This document shows positions 1 through 8,086 of a DNA stretch of 18,852 nt, piece by piece; the first letter of the stretch is position 1, and each line of letters begins with the position of its first letter. The stretch spans positions 1-18,852 of the forward strand of contig BTVV01000119.1 of NCBI GenBank assembly GCA_045863855.1, written 5' to 3'. Position numbers and translations under genes: made by a program. The notes below the pieces were generated by a model, which worked only from the letters and a program-made list of their open reading frames with translations, was not told the DNA's origin and searched no databases. Origin of the DNA: Planctomycetota bacterium. GTDB taxonomy: Bacteria; Planctomycetota; SZUA-567; H5-PLA8.

Positions 1-2248
1 GCTGTGCGTTCAGTTCAAGCAGTTCTACCAGGAAAAGCGCGGCGAACCCTTTCCGCAGGATCCGACGCAGCAGCTCTGGGGCGCGATCTCGGCGGTCTTC
101 AACTGCTGGGAAGCCGATAAGGCCGTCACCTACCGGCGCGTCGAAAAGATCACCGATCTGAAGGGCACGGCCGTCAACATCTGCACGATGGTCTTCGGAA
201 ACAAGGGCGACAACTCCGGCACGGGCGTCTGCTTCACGCGCGATCCGAACAGCGGCAAGAACGAGTTTTACGGCGACTGCCTGATCAACGCGCAGGGCGA
301 AGACGTGGTGGCCGGCATTCGCACGCCGATGCGCCTGATCGAGCTCGATACCAAGCTGCCGGCGGCTTACAAGCAGCTCTGCGACGTGCGCAAGACGCTC
401 GAGAAGCACTACAAGGACATGCAGGACCTCGAGTTCACCGTCGAAGACGAAAAGCTGTACATGCTGCAGTGCCGCACCGGCAAGCGCTCGCCGCAGGCGG
501 CCTTCCAGATCGCCGTGGACATGGTGCAGGAGAAGCTGATCACCAAGGAAGAAGCCGTCGGCCGCATTTCGTCGGCGGACATCGAAGGGCTCTTCTATCC
601 GATCATCGACCACAAGATCGGGAAGGACGTGCTGAAGGCCAGGCTGATCGCGACGGGGATCGACGCGGTTCCCGGCGCGGCATCGGGCGAAGTGGCGTTC
701 TCGGCGGCGAAAGCCGAAGAGCTGGCCGCCAAGGGCACGCGCGTACTGCTGGTGCGCAAAGAGACGAGCCCCGAGGACGTCGGCGGGATGCACGCGGCGC
801 AGGGCATCTTGACGCAGACCGGCGGCAAGACGAGCCACGCGGCGGTGGTGGCGCGCGGCTGGGGCAAGTGCTGCATCGTCGGCTGCGAAGCGCTGCGCAT
901 CGACTACCACAAGAACGAGATGGTCGTCGGCGGGCATACGGTCAAGCAGGGCGACTTCCTGACCCTGAACGGCTCGACGGGCGAAGTCTTCCTGGGCGAA
1001 CTGCCGCTGGTGAAGCCCGAACCGCCGGAAAGCTATTACACGCTGATGCAGTGGGCCGACCAGATTCGCCGCCTGAAGGTCCGCACCAACGCCGATACGC
1101 CTTACGACAGCCAGAAAGCCATCGAGATGGGCGCGGAAGGCATCGGTCTGTGCCGGACCGAACACATGTTCTTCGATACCGAAGAGCGGCGTCTGGCAAT
1201 CCAGGAAATGATCGTCGCGAACACGCTGGAAGCCCGCAAACGCGCCCTGGAAAAGCTGCTCCCGTTCCAGCGCGAGGACTTCATCGGCATCTTCAAGGCG
1301 ATGGACGGGAAGCCGGTCACCATCCGGCTGGTGGATCCGCCGCTGCATGAGTTTACGCCGAAGGACCAGGCGGGGATCGAACGGCTGAGCAAGGCCACCG
1401 GATTCCCGGAAGACCTGATCCGCGAGCGCTGCGAGCAGTTGCACGAATCGAACCCGATGCTGGGGCACCGCGGCTGCCGCCTCTGCATCACGTACCCGGA
1501 AATCCTGGAGATGCAGGTCCGGGCGATCATCGAAGCGGCTGTGGCGTGCCAGAAGAAGGGCATCAAGGCGCTGCCGGAGATCATGCACCCGCTGGTGCTG
1601 GACCGGAAGGAACTGAAGCTGCTGGAACAGCGCACCCGCGCGGTGGCCGACGCCATCCTATCGGAAGCAGGCGTGAAACTCCCGTATCTGGTGGGCACCA
1701 TGATCGAGATCCCGCGCGCGGCCCTGATGGCGCACGAGATCGCGGAAGTGGCGGAATTCTTCAGCTTCGGGACCAACGACCTGACTCAGATGACGATGGG
1801 CCTCTCGCGCGACGACGCCGGGCGCTTCCTGCCGGAGTACGTGGACGAGAAGAAGGCCGGCATCTTCAAGGCCGATCCGTTCCAGGCGCTGGACGTCAGC
1901 GGCGTGGGACAGCTCGTGGAGATGGGCATCCAGAAGGGCCGCTCCACCCGGTCGAAGCTGAAGATCGGCATCTGCGGCGAACACGGCGGCGAAGCCTCGA
2001 GCGTGAAGTTCTGCCACAAGGTCGGGATGGATTACGTGAGTTGCTCGCCGTACCGCGTCCCGATCGCGCGTTTGGCCGCGGCTCAGGCGGTCCTGGAAGA
2101 AAAGGCGAAAGCTAAGGCCGGCGCGGCGAAGGCGGGCAAGGCGACGGCGAAAGCCGTGAAGGGCAAGGCGAAGGCCAAGCCGGCGAAGAGCGCGCGCAAG
2201 GCCGTGGCGGTGCGCGGCAAGAAGAAGGCGAAGGGGAAGAAGAAGTAA
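1..2248 (+). CDS. ppdK: Pyruvate, phosphate dikinase (5'-truncated by window edge)
   Basis: The frame is open from position 2 (LCVQFKQFYQEKRGEPFPQDPTQQLWGAISAVF...TAVNICTMVFGN), so ATG188 is internal. PPDK motifs: SGTGVCFTRDP, NAQGEDVVAGIRTP, QDLEFT, phospho-His motif GGKTSHAAVVAR, GIGLCRTEHMF, FSFGTNDLTQ, GICGEHGG. Stop TAA at 2246-2248. Confidence 0.98.
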   Translation, partial: LCVQFKQFYQEKRGEPFPQDPTQQLWGAISAVFNCWEADKAVTYRRVEKITDLKGTAVNICTMVFGNKGDNSGTGVCFTRDPNSGKNEFYGDCLINAQGEDVVAGIRTPMRLIELDTKLPAAYKQLCDVRKTLEKHYKDMQDLEFTVEDEKLYMLQCRTGKRSPQAAFQIAVDMVQEKLITKEEAVGRISSADIEGLFYPIIDHKIGKDVLKARLIATGIDAVPGAASGEVAFSAAKAEELAAKGTRVLLVRKETSPEDVGGMHAAQGILTQTGGKTSHAAVVARGWGKCCIVGCEALRIDYHKNEMVVGGHTVKQGDFLTLNGSTGEVFLGELPLVKPEPPESYYTLMQWADQIRRLKVRTNADTPYDSQKAIEMGAEGIGLCRTEHMFFDTEERRLAIQEMIVANTLEARKRALEKLLPFQREDFIGIFKAMDGKPVTIRLVDPPLHEFTPKDQAGIERLSKATGFPEDLIRERCEQLHESNPMLGHRGCRLCITYPEILEMQVRAIIEAAVACQKKGIKALPEIMHPLVLDRKELKLLEQRTRAVADAILSEAGVKLPYLVGTMIEIPRAALMAHEIAEVAEFFSFGTNDLTQMTMGLSRDDAGRFLPEYVDEKKAGIFKADPFQALDVSGVGQLVEMGIQKGRSTRSKLKIGICGEHGGEASSVKFCHKVGMDYVSCSPYRVPIARLAAAQAVLEEKAKAKAGAAKAGKATAKAVKGKAKAKPAKSARKAVAVRGKKKAKGKKK

Positions 2249-2277
2249 TTCGAAGCTCGTAAAGCGTAGGACGCAAT

Positions 2278-2325
2278 GACAGCAAAGGCGCGGCTCCCGG
2301 TGGGGGCGGCGCCTTTGTTGTTATT
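2278..2325 (+). terminator. Probable intrinsic terminator after ppdK
   Basis: Stem ACAGCAAAGGCGC...GCGCCTTTGTTGT with inner GCTCCC-GGT-GGGGGC pairing and a T-rich 3' side (TTTGTTGTTATT), about 30 nt after the ppdK stop. Confidence 0.75.
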
Positions 2326-2412
2326 GGCACGGCCAAGGGACAGGGGGCGAAAGAGTTTGTACGGAGCGCGTAATAATAGGCCGACTCTCCGCGTAAATGC
2401 AAAGCAGGGACG

Positions 2413-2429
2413 GAGCGAATTGTTCGCTC
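2413..2429. promoter_or_regulatory. Perfect 7-3-7 inverted repeat (candidate operator or leader hairpin)
   Basis: GAGCGAA-TTG-TTCGCTC immediately upstream of the SD-like GAGGAG (2433-2438) of the next gene. Confidence 0.35.
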
Positions 2430-2447
2430 GATGAGGAGAAGGACGCA

Positions 2448-3605
2448 TTGAACGTACTGACTGGGCTGGTGGAATTGCTGGTTATTCCCATATTCATGGG
2501 CGTGCTTTACGCCTGCGGATTCCTGCTGCTGCGTCCGCTAAAGCGCGTGGCGGTATCATCCGCCACGGAGGCGCGGACGACTTACCGCCTGGCGGACCTC
2601 TACGTGCTGCTGGCGCAGATGGCGCTGAGCGGCGCTCTGATCTTCTCCTTGTTCCCATGGGTGAACGATGCCATCAAGCTGGTTCAAGTGGGGGCGCTCT
2701 GGCTGCTGCAGGGCTGGGTGTGGTGGCTGGCGGTGCGCTGGCTGGCGCGGGCGGGGGTGGAGGCGCAGAGTCGGCGGCTGGCGGTACTTGCAATCGCCGC
2801 TCCCATCGGATTTGGATTTCCAATGCTCTTGATCTGGTGCGGATCGCCGTGCATCGAGATGTACGCGCGCGCGGTGGCTCGGCTGCCGGAGGCGGAGGTG
2901 CGTCCATGGCTGGGGGCGAAATGGGTGGTGTTCTGGGCCGGGTTGGGTTTGGCGAGCATGGCGAGCTGGGCGCTGTGCAGCGGGATCGCGGAATGGGCGG
3001 TGCGCCCGCTGATCGCGTCCGCGGTAGACGAGGGCCGGACCGTTCGCGCACCGATGTCCGGCCGGCGAAAGGTTGCGTGGGCGCTCTTCGCGTGCTCGGC
3101 GGCGATGCTGGCGGCCGGAATCGGTTTTCTGTATGTCCACGGGAAAACGCCGGAGGGCTTGCAGACGGCTACGCTGTACGCTCGTGGCAAACACGGGGAC
3201 TACGAGAAGGCGACGTTTAGTTTCGAGCATGGCTTGCGAGACGACTATTTCGGCATCATAAAAAACGACTGGGACCTGGAGTATGGGAACGGGCAGAACG
3301 ACGAGTTGAATGTCTGCACGGTGACCGACGACCGCAGCGCGCTGCTCGATCTCGGACCAAGGGAATGGAGCAATGTGGGGCCGCTTCCGGCGCTCCCGCC
3401 CGGCCCGCCGACCACGGGGGTGGGCCCGAACATGCCCGCAAAGCTGGGGCATATGTATCTGGTGCGTACGTTGGACACGAATACGGACTTGTACGCGATC
3501 TTTCGCGTTGACGGCCTGATCCCCAATGACCGGATGTCGATCTCGTGGCGATTGGTGCGGCCGGTCGAAATAGAGAATTTGGCGGTCGAGGGAATTAAAA
3601 AATAA
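2448..3605 (+). CDS. Multi-pass membrane protein with a soluble C-terminal beta-rich (possibly HmuY-like) domain
   Basis: ORF 2397-3605. TTG2448 is the preferred start because it follows GAGGAGAAGGA and leads directly into the first hydrophobic helix. About 6 hydrophobic segments are followed by a hydrophilic domain of about 150 aa with NDWDLEYGNG and MYLVRT...YAIFRV. Confidence 0.75.
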   Translation: MNVLTGLVELLVIPIFMGVLYACGFLLLRPLKRVAVSSATEARTTYRLADLYVLLAQMALSGALIFSLFPWVNDAIKLVQVGALWLLQGWVWWLAVRWLARAGVEAQSRRLAVLAIAAPIGFGFPMLLIWCGSPCIEMYARAVARLPEAEVRPWLGAKWVVFWAGLGLASMASWALCSGIAEWAVRPLIASAVDEGRTVRAPMSGRRKVAWALFACSAAMLAAGIGFLYVHGKTPEGLQTATLYARGKHGDYEKATFSFEHGLRDDYFGIIKNDWDLEYGNGQNDELNVCTVTDDRSALLDLGPREWSNVGPLPALPPGPPTTGVGPNMPAKLGHMYLVRTLDTNTDLYAIFRVDGLIPNDRMSISWRLVRPVEIENLAVEGIKK

Positions 3606-3677
3606 GAAAGACAGCGCGTATCTCAAAATACAAGGCCGCGTTCAGTTAGCAGCATTCGCTATCGCCGTAGTTACACG

Positions 3678-4406
3678 TTACAGATTATCCTTTGGCGCTC
3701 CCACTTCGTCGCATTCAATGAGATGCTCCTGCAACAAGGGCTGCGGGAGCGCATCGAGCTTCAAGGCCCGCTCCACCGTGTACGGTCCGACGGCGGTGCG
3801 CCGCAGCGCGGCCAGGTGCCCGCCCGTACCCAAGTCTTCGCCCATTTGGCGCGCCAGACTGCGAATATACGTGCCGCGCCCGCAAACAACGCGCAAGCTG
3901 AGCAGCGGCCAGGCGTAATCGAGCACATCAATTGAATCGATGCGCACCTTTCGTGGCGCGAGTTCGACTTCCTGCCCTTTGCGCGCGTAGGCGTAGGCGG
4001 GGCGGCCGCCCACTTTCAGCGCACTGTAGACGGGCGGTTGCTGTTCGATCTGGCCGATGAAGCGCGGAAGCACGACCTCGATGGCTGCACGCGAGGGCGG
4101 CATAGGGATATCCACCGCTTCGCGCGCGCCTTCGGCGTCGTCGGTCGCGGTGAAGGCCGAGAGATCCACGACGGCTTCGTAGACTTTGGTGAGTCCCATC
4201 AGCCGCTCGACGGACTTGGTCGCTTTGCCGAGGCAGACCACCAAAACGCCGGTGGCAAGCGGGTCGAGCGTGCCGGCATGTCCGGTGCGATGGTTCTCGG
4301 CGGCGCGGCGCACGACGCGGATTACGTGCATGCTCGTCGCACCCAGGGGTTTATCGACGATACACAAACCGTTGCGCGGCGGACCGGCGGGGGTGCGGCG
4401 TCCCAC
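3678..4406 (-). CDS. truB: tRNA pseudouridine(55) synthase TruB (short form, no evident PUA domain)
   Basis: Motifs GLCIVDKPLGATS, GHAGTLDPLATGVL (catalytic Asp), QQPPVYSALKVGG, CGRGTYIRSLA, LRRTAVG. GTG start. Confidence 0.96.
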   Translation of the reverse strand: MGRRTPAGPPRNGLCIVDKPLGATSMHVIRVVRRAAENHRTGHAGTLDPLATGVLVVCLGKATKSVERLMGLTKVYEAVVDLSAFTATDDAEGAREAVDIPMPPSRAAIEVVLPRFIGQIEQQPPVYSALKVGGRPAYAYARKGQEVELAPRKVRIDSIDVLDYAWPLLSLRVVCGRGTYIRSLARQMGEDLGTGGHLAALRRTAVGPYTVERALKLDALPQPLLQEHLIECDEVGAPKDNL

Positions 4407-4445
4407 GAAACGTACCCGTCCTTCCCAAGAATCCGGAGCGATTCG

Positions 4446-5555
4446 TCAACGCGGAGGCGCGGTGACCAGATAGCGGATCACATCGCACAGCCAGGCACGC
4501 TCGTCGTGGTTGAGCCCCTGCCCGAACTCCAGGTTCAATCGGTCGCTGCGGGCGATCAGGGCGCCCTTGCCGCCGCTCAAATGCTGCGTGCCGATGTAAC
4601 TGTTGCTGAGCTCCTCGAGTTCGTCGGACGAAAGTTCCTTGCGGTCCCACCCCTTCCCCGTTTCGCGTTCGAGCACCAAACCGCGCGTGGATACGGTGAG
4701 CCGTTCGGCTTTCACCGAGGAGTGAATCATCGCCCGCGCCACGAGTCCGGCTCCCAGCAGCGTCGCCAAAAGCCCGACCGCAACGATGGCCACGGGAGAA
4801 CCGACGCCCAACGCACCGAGGATGCCGCCGCCAAAGACGAACGCGAAAATCCCGACGAAGACGGCGACGAAAACGATGGAGAGCACGATCGCGCTGCCTT
4901 GCGGCGGCACCGGAAGATCGAAGATCGCGGCATCTCCCTCGACGCGATCGGAAACGCGACAGCCTTCGGGCTTGGTGGGCATCTCCAGGACGACGCCTTC
5001 GCGCTTCAGGCGCTGGCGCATGTTCTCGTCCAGGGTGCCTTTTTCGCGCACAACCTCGTTCCCGGCGCTGACGTCCCGCACGCCTAGATCGAGAAACTTG
5101 GCGACCCGTTCGGCTTCGCTGCGCGCTTCTTCGTACACGCGCGGTTCTTTCCAGGTGATCTTTTCGGCGCCGGCCACCACGCGGACGGGAAAGACGGTGT
5201 AACTGCTGTTCTTGGTCTTGCGGATCTCGCGATTGATATGCACCCACGCGCCTCCCGCAACCGATATCTCCGTGCGGCTGAAGGGAACCAGCAAGCCCCA
5301 CCACTTCACGGCAGTACGGGAACTCCGGTTGAGGATCACGCCGGACCGGCCGAAGACGAATCCCGCGCCGATGCTCGCGAAAACCAGCCCGAAGGGTACG
5401 GCAAACCAGACCGGCGAAGGACCCCCACCGGAATTCTTGACCTGTCCGGTCAACGCGGCGAAGGTGAACATCAATCCCATACCCAAAAACGGGAGCCCGA
5501 ACAGCATGAGGCAGCCGCCGCCGTTCTTGATCTCTATCTCGTCGCCATAGTCCAT
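4446..5555 (-). CDS. Hypothetical membrane protein (two TM-hairpin + soluble beta-domain modules)
   Basis: 369 aa, ATG preceded by GAGGGG. Two pairs of hydrophobic helices, each followed by a soluble segment. Co-directional with neighbours across short gaps. Confidence 0.8.
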   Translation of the reverse strand: MDYGDEIEIKNGGGCLMLFGLPFLGMGLMFTFAALTGQVKNSGGGPSPVWFAVPFGLVFASIGAGFVFGRSGVILNRSSRTAVKWWGLLVPFSRTEISVAGGAWVHINREIRKTKNSSYTVFPVRVVAGAEKITWKEPRVYEEARSEAERVAKFLDLGVRDVSAGNEVVREKGTLDENMRQRLKREGVVLEMPTKPEGCRVSDRVEGDAAIFDLPVPPQGSAIVLSIVFVAVFVGIFAFVFGGGILGALGVGSPVAIVAVGLLATLLGAGLVARAMIHSSVKAERLTVSTRGLVLERETGKGWDRKELSSDELEELSNSYIGTQHLSGGKGALIARSDRLNLEFGQGLNHDERAWLCDVIRYLVTAPPR

Positions 5556-5669
5556 ACGAACCCCTCATCCGCCACCACCGGTCCGGATGGTATCGGAATC
5601 AGAAAGACCCGCAGAATCTTTTCTGCAACTGAGAAAGATACGGAACCGGAATCTGGCGCCGCCGGGCGA

Positions 5670-7688
5670 TCACCAGCCCAAATCGAAGAACGGACGATGC
5701 AGCAGATAGAAGAGTCCGGGCAGGGACACCGGGGAGCGGGCGCGGATTTCCCATTCCTGACCTTCGGCGGCGGGGGGAATCAATTGGAAGCGCAACTGGC
5801 CCAACAGCGGGCGGAGCGGCGCGAAGGCCGGCGGCAGATTCGCTTCGTTAGGCGTGCCGTACAGGTTGTTCCAAAGCTGGAAAGGCAGTTCCAGCACCTG
5901 CCCGCCGTTACCGAACCCCACCACGGTGGCGTTGGGCGCCAAGTCGGCATCCTTGAGGAATTCCTGAACATCGGCACGGTCGGCCAAGCGTTCATTCCCG
6001 TTCGCATGGGCCACGGCAGCCCAAGTCAGCTTCATGACTTCCGGCTCGGATGCGTAGACGAAGCGGCGTTCCTGAATCCAGCATCCGCCGGCTTCCGGAT
6101 CGTCCTTAGGGCGGAAGAAAAGCCCGCCGGATTGTTCTTGCTTCATCCATTCGGCCTTTTCGCCCTGGCACGCGGCTTCGAGGGCGGCCAGCACCGGCGC
6201 GGGATCCTTCAGCACGGCGCTCACGATCAGCGCCAGCGGCGGATCGGGCGGTAGGTCTTCGCCGATGTTCTTGACCAGCCAGCCCAGTTCGAGCGGACCT
6301 TCCACTTGCGCCAAGAGTGCGTCGAACGGGCCGAGCACCTTTTCGATCGCAGAGACGGTGGTTTCCACGACCGGCAGCGGAATGGGCGCCGCCACGCCGG
6401 GATCGGTAAGCAGACCCATGCGGGCCTTTTCGTACTGGCGCAGCGATTCGGCGCAAGCAGCGGAGTTTGCGGCGAAGTTGCCGCGCAAGGAGATCCAAGC
6501 CGCGGTATGCGGCGGCAGCGCCTCGAGCGCGCGCGGGCCTTCGCCCGGAGCGGCTGCCGCGGCGCTTTGGCCCCATGCGGGAATCAGTCCCTTCGGATCG
6601 CCCAGCTTGACGAGGTAGCGCTCCTGCACGCCCGTCGCATCCACCAGCCATGCGCCCATTGCGTGGCCGCCCTTCACGAAGCCCAGAGAATCGAGCGTCG
6701 TGAAGAAGTCAAAGAGCATGATGTTGTCGGTGACGGTTTCGAGTAGGTCCAGTCCGTCGCGGGAAAGGTGCAACGTAAAGTCGGAATCGGGAAAAAGCTT
6801 GGCCGCCCGCTCGGCGTAAGGCTTGAGCGAAGCTTCCGGCGCTTTCGCCAAGGCTTCCTGCAGCAGTGCGAGCGCCGATGCCGAGAAGCCGAAGAAGCTG
6901 GTTTGGGGCAGGAAGATCGACTGCCCGCCCAGCGCGTGCTCGAAGACGCGCATTCCGCGTTCGTCGCGGCCTTCGTCCGGAGTGTCGCCCTCCAGTTCGA
7001 AATACTCGCGCAAGGCCGGCTCCATTTGGCCCGGCGCCGACTTGTGCTGAAGAAATACCGCGAAAGGCGGATCCAGATCTTCGTCTTTTACCGATTCGGG
7101 CGGACCCAGCACCAGCGCGCCGCGGCCGTCGAGCATTCCCGCGATGCGTCCGTACAAACCGACCTCCGCAAGTTCGTCTTCGCTCAACTCCTGCTGCTTG
7201 TACTTGCGCCACCAAGTCTGGATCTCGGGGCGGGCCCACGTCTGCCCTATCGGCGACTGCGCGATCCGCAGTGCGGTGCGGCGGAAGTCGGCGGCCTCCA
7301 GGAAGAAAATCGAACGCGCCGGATACAGCGGCGCATAGCCGTCCATCGGCATGGCGCCGACTCCGCCGATGGTCAGGGCAAGCTTCTGCGCGCGCGCGGC
7401 AATCTCGGGTATGGGCGACAACTGCGCGACCTTGAGCGGCACCAGCGCGGGCTCACCGATGGCTATGAGCGCCTGCTCGGCCTTCTCGCGATCCTCCACC
7501 TCGGGCGCGTTAAGCTGCTGAATCAGCTTCTGGATTTCGGCCTGGTTGACTTTGGCCTCGGCGGGCTGCTCCTGCCCCGGCGCGCGCTCCGGAACAGCAC
7601 TCGGCGCCTTCAACTCCGGGCCGGCCCAAGCACTCGAGGCCGCCAGCCCAATGGCCAGCAGTCCGGCGATCCAATGGTTACGACGCAT
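5670..7688 (-). CDS. Secreted protein: signal peptide + HEAT-like helical pair + large domain (DUF3352-like, tentative)
   Basis: Sec signal MRRNHWIAGLLAIGLAASSAWA. HEAT-like IQKLIQQLNAPEVEDREKAEQALIAIGEPALVPL...PEIAARAQKL at about 7379-7535. The remainder is acidic alpha/beta. 672 aa with host-like codon use. Confidence 0.8.
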   Translation of the reverse strand: MRRNHWIAGLLAIGLAASSAWAGPELKAPSAVPERAPGQEQPAEAKVNQAEIQKLIQQLNAPEVEDREKAEQALIAIGEPALVPLKVAQLSPIPEIAARAQKLALTIGGVGAMPMDGYAPLYPARSIFFLEAADFRRTALRIAQSPIGQTWARPEIQTWWRKYKQQELSEDELAEVGLYGRIAGMLDGRGALVLGPPESVKDEDLDPPFAVFLQHKSAPGQMEPALREYFELEGDTPDEGRDERGMRVFEHALGGQSIFLPQTSFFGFSASALALLQEALAKAPEASLKPYAERAAKLFPDSDFTLHLSRDGLDLLETVTDNIMLFDFFTTLDSLGFVKGGHAMGAWLVDATGVQERYLVKLGDPKGLIPAWGQSAAAAAPGEGPRALEALPPHTAAWISLRGNFAANSAACAESLRQYEKARMGLLTDPGVAAPIPLPVVETTVSAIEKVLGPFDALLAQVEGPLELGWLVKNIGEDLPPDPPLALIVSAVLKDPAPVLAALEAACQGEKAEWMKQEQSGGLFFRPKDDPEAGGCWIQERRFVYASEPEVMKLTWAAVAHANGNERLADRADVQEFLKDADLAPNATVVGFGNGGQVLELPFQLWNNLYGTPNEANLPPAFAPLRPLLGQLRFQLIPPAAEGQEWEIRARSPVSLPGLFYLLHRPFFDLGW

Positions 7689-7899
7689 GGCAAGGCAGCT
7701 CCCGATTCTTAGGTATGCTTAACTGGCCCAGCAGGCCTGAAGTCACATGTGCATCACGCCAAGCCCAAGGTCAGACGATTGAGGCGTCCATTCCCTCAGT
7801 TTCGAGGCGTCGAAACCAAGGTCAATCCGCCAAATGCCCATGTGCAAATTCCAAGTGTAGTCGGCTCGAATATTCGGGTCAAATCCGGAGCCTGCGGCG

Positions 7900-7928
7900 T
7901 TGACAGAAGTTTGTAAAGGGGACAGAAT
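7900..7928 (+). promoter_or_regulatory. Sigma70-type promoter for pilC
   Basis: Perfect TTGACA (7900-7905), 17-bp spacer, CAGAAT (7923-7928; 4/6 match to TATAAT), in an AT-enriched divergent intergenic region. Confidence 0.6.
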
Positions 7929-8086
7929 TAGCAAGGTTTGAGCGATTGTGAATTCGCGCTGATTTTGTAGACTTTCGGGGCGTTCGCACAACCACTCTAA
8001 ACCCTCGTTCCGGAACCGTACTAGCGGTCGGGCGGGCGGTTTTGTGATTCGGAAGGCCGGATTGGGCGTCGCAGGAGGCCGCAGGC

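Noticed and set aside
2325..2342. TTGGCACG as a sigma54 -24 element
   Set aside because: No TTGC at the -12 position (the sequence continues GCCAAGGG).
469..2448. Alternative-frame and antisense ORFs over ppdK (469-1350, 1102-1776, 1546-2115, 2083-2448)
   Set aside because: Shadow ORFs expected at high GC; Arg/Gly/Ala-rich, no motifs, overlapping a clear gene.
5611..5626. Inverted repeat GCAGAA-TCTT-TTCTGC between two co-directional genes
   Set aside because: Only a 6-bp stem with no U-tract in the transcribed direction; too weak to call a terminator or operator.
2556..7712. Long overlapping ORFs (2556-3626, 4038-5087, 4351-5568, 5238-6254, 6768-7712)
   Set aside because: Antisense or alternative frames of better-supported genes, with no recognisable domain.
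7935..8086. c-di-GMP riboswitch upstream of pilC
   Set aside because: The class I core (GGCAAAC...GAAA...GACGCAAAG) was not found on either strand.
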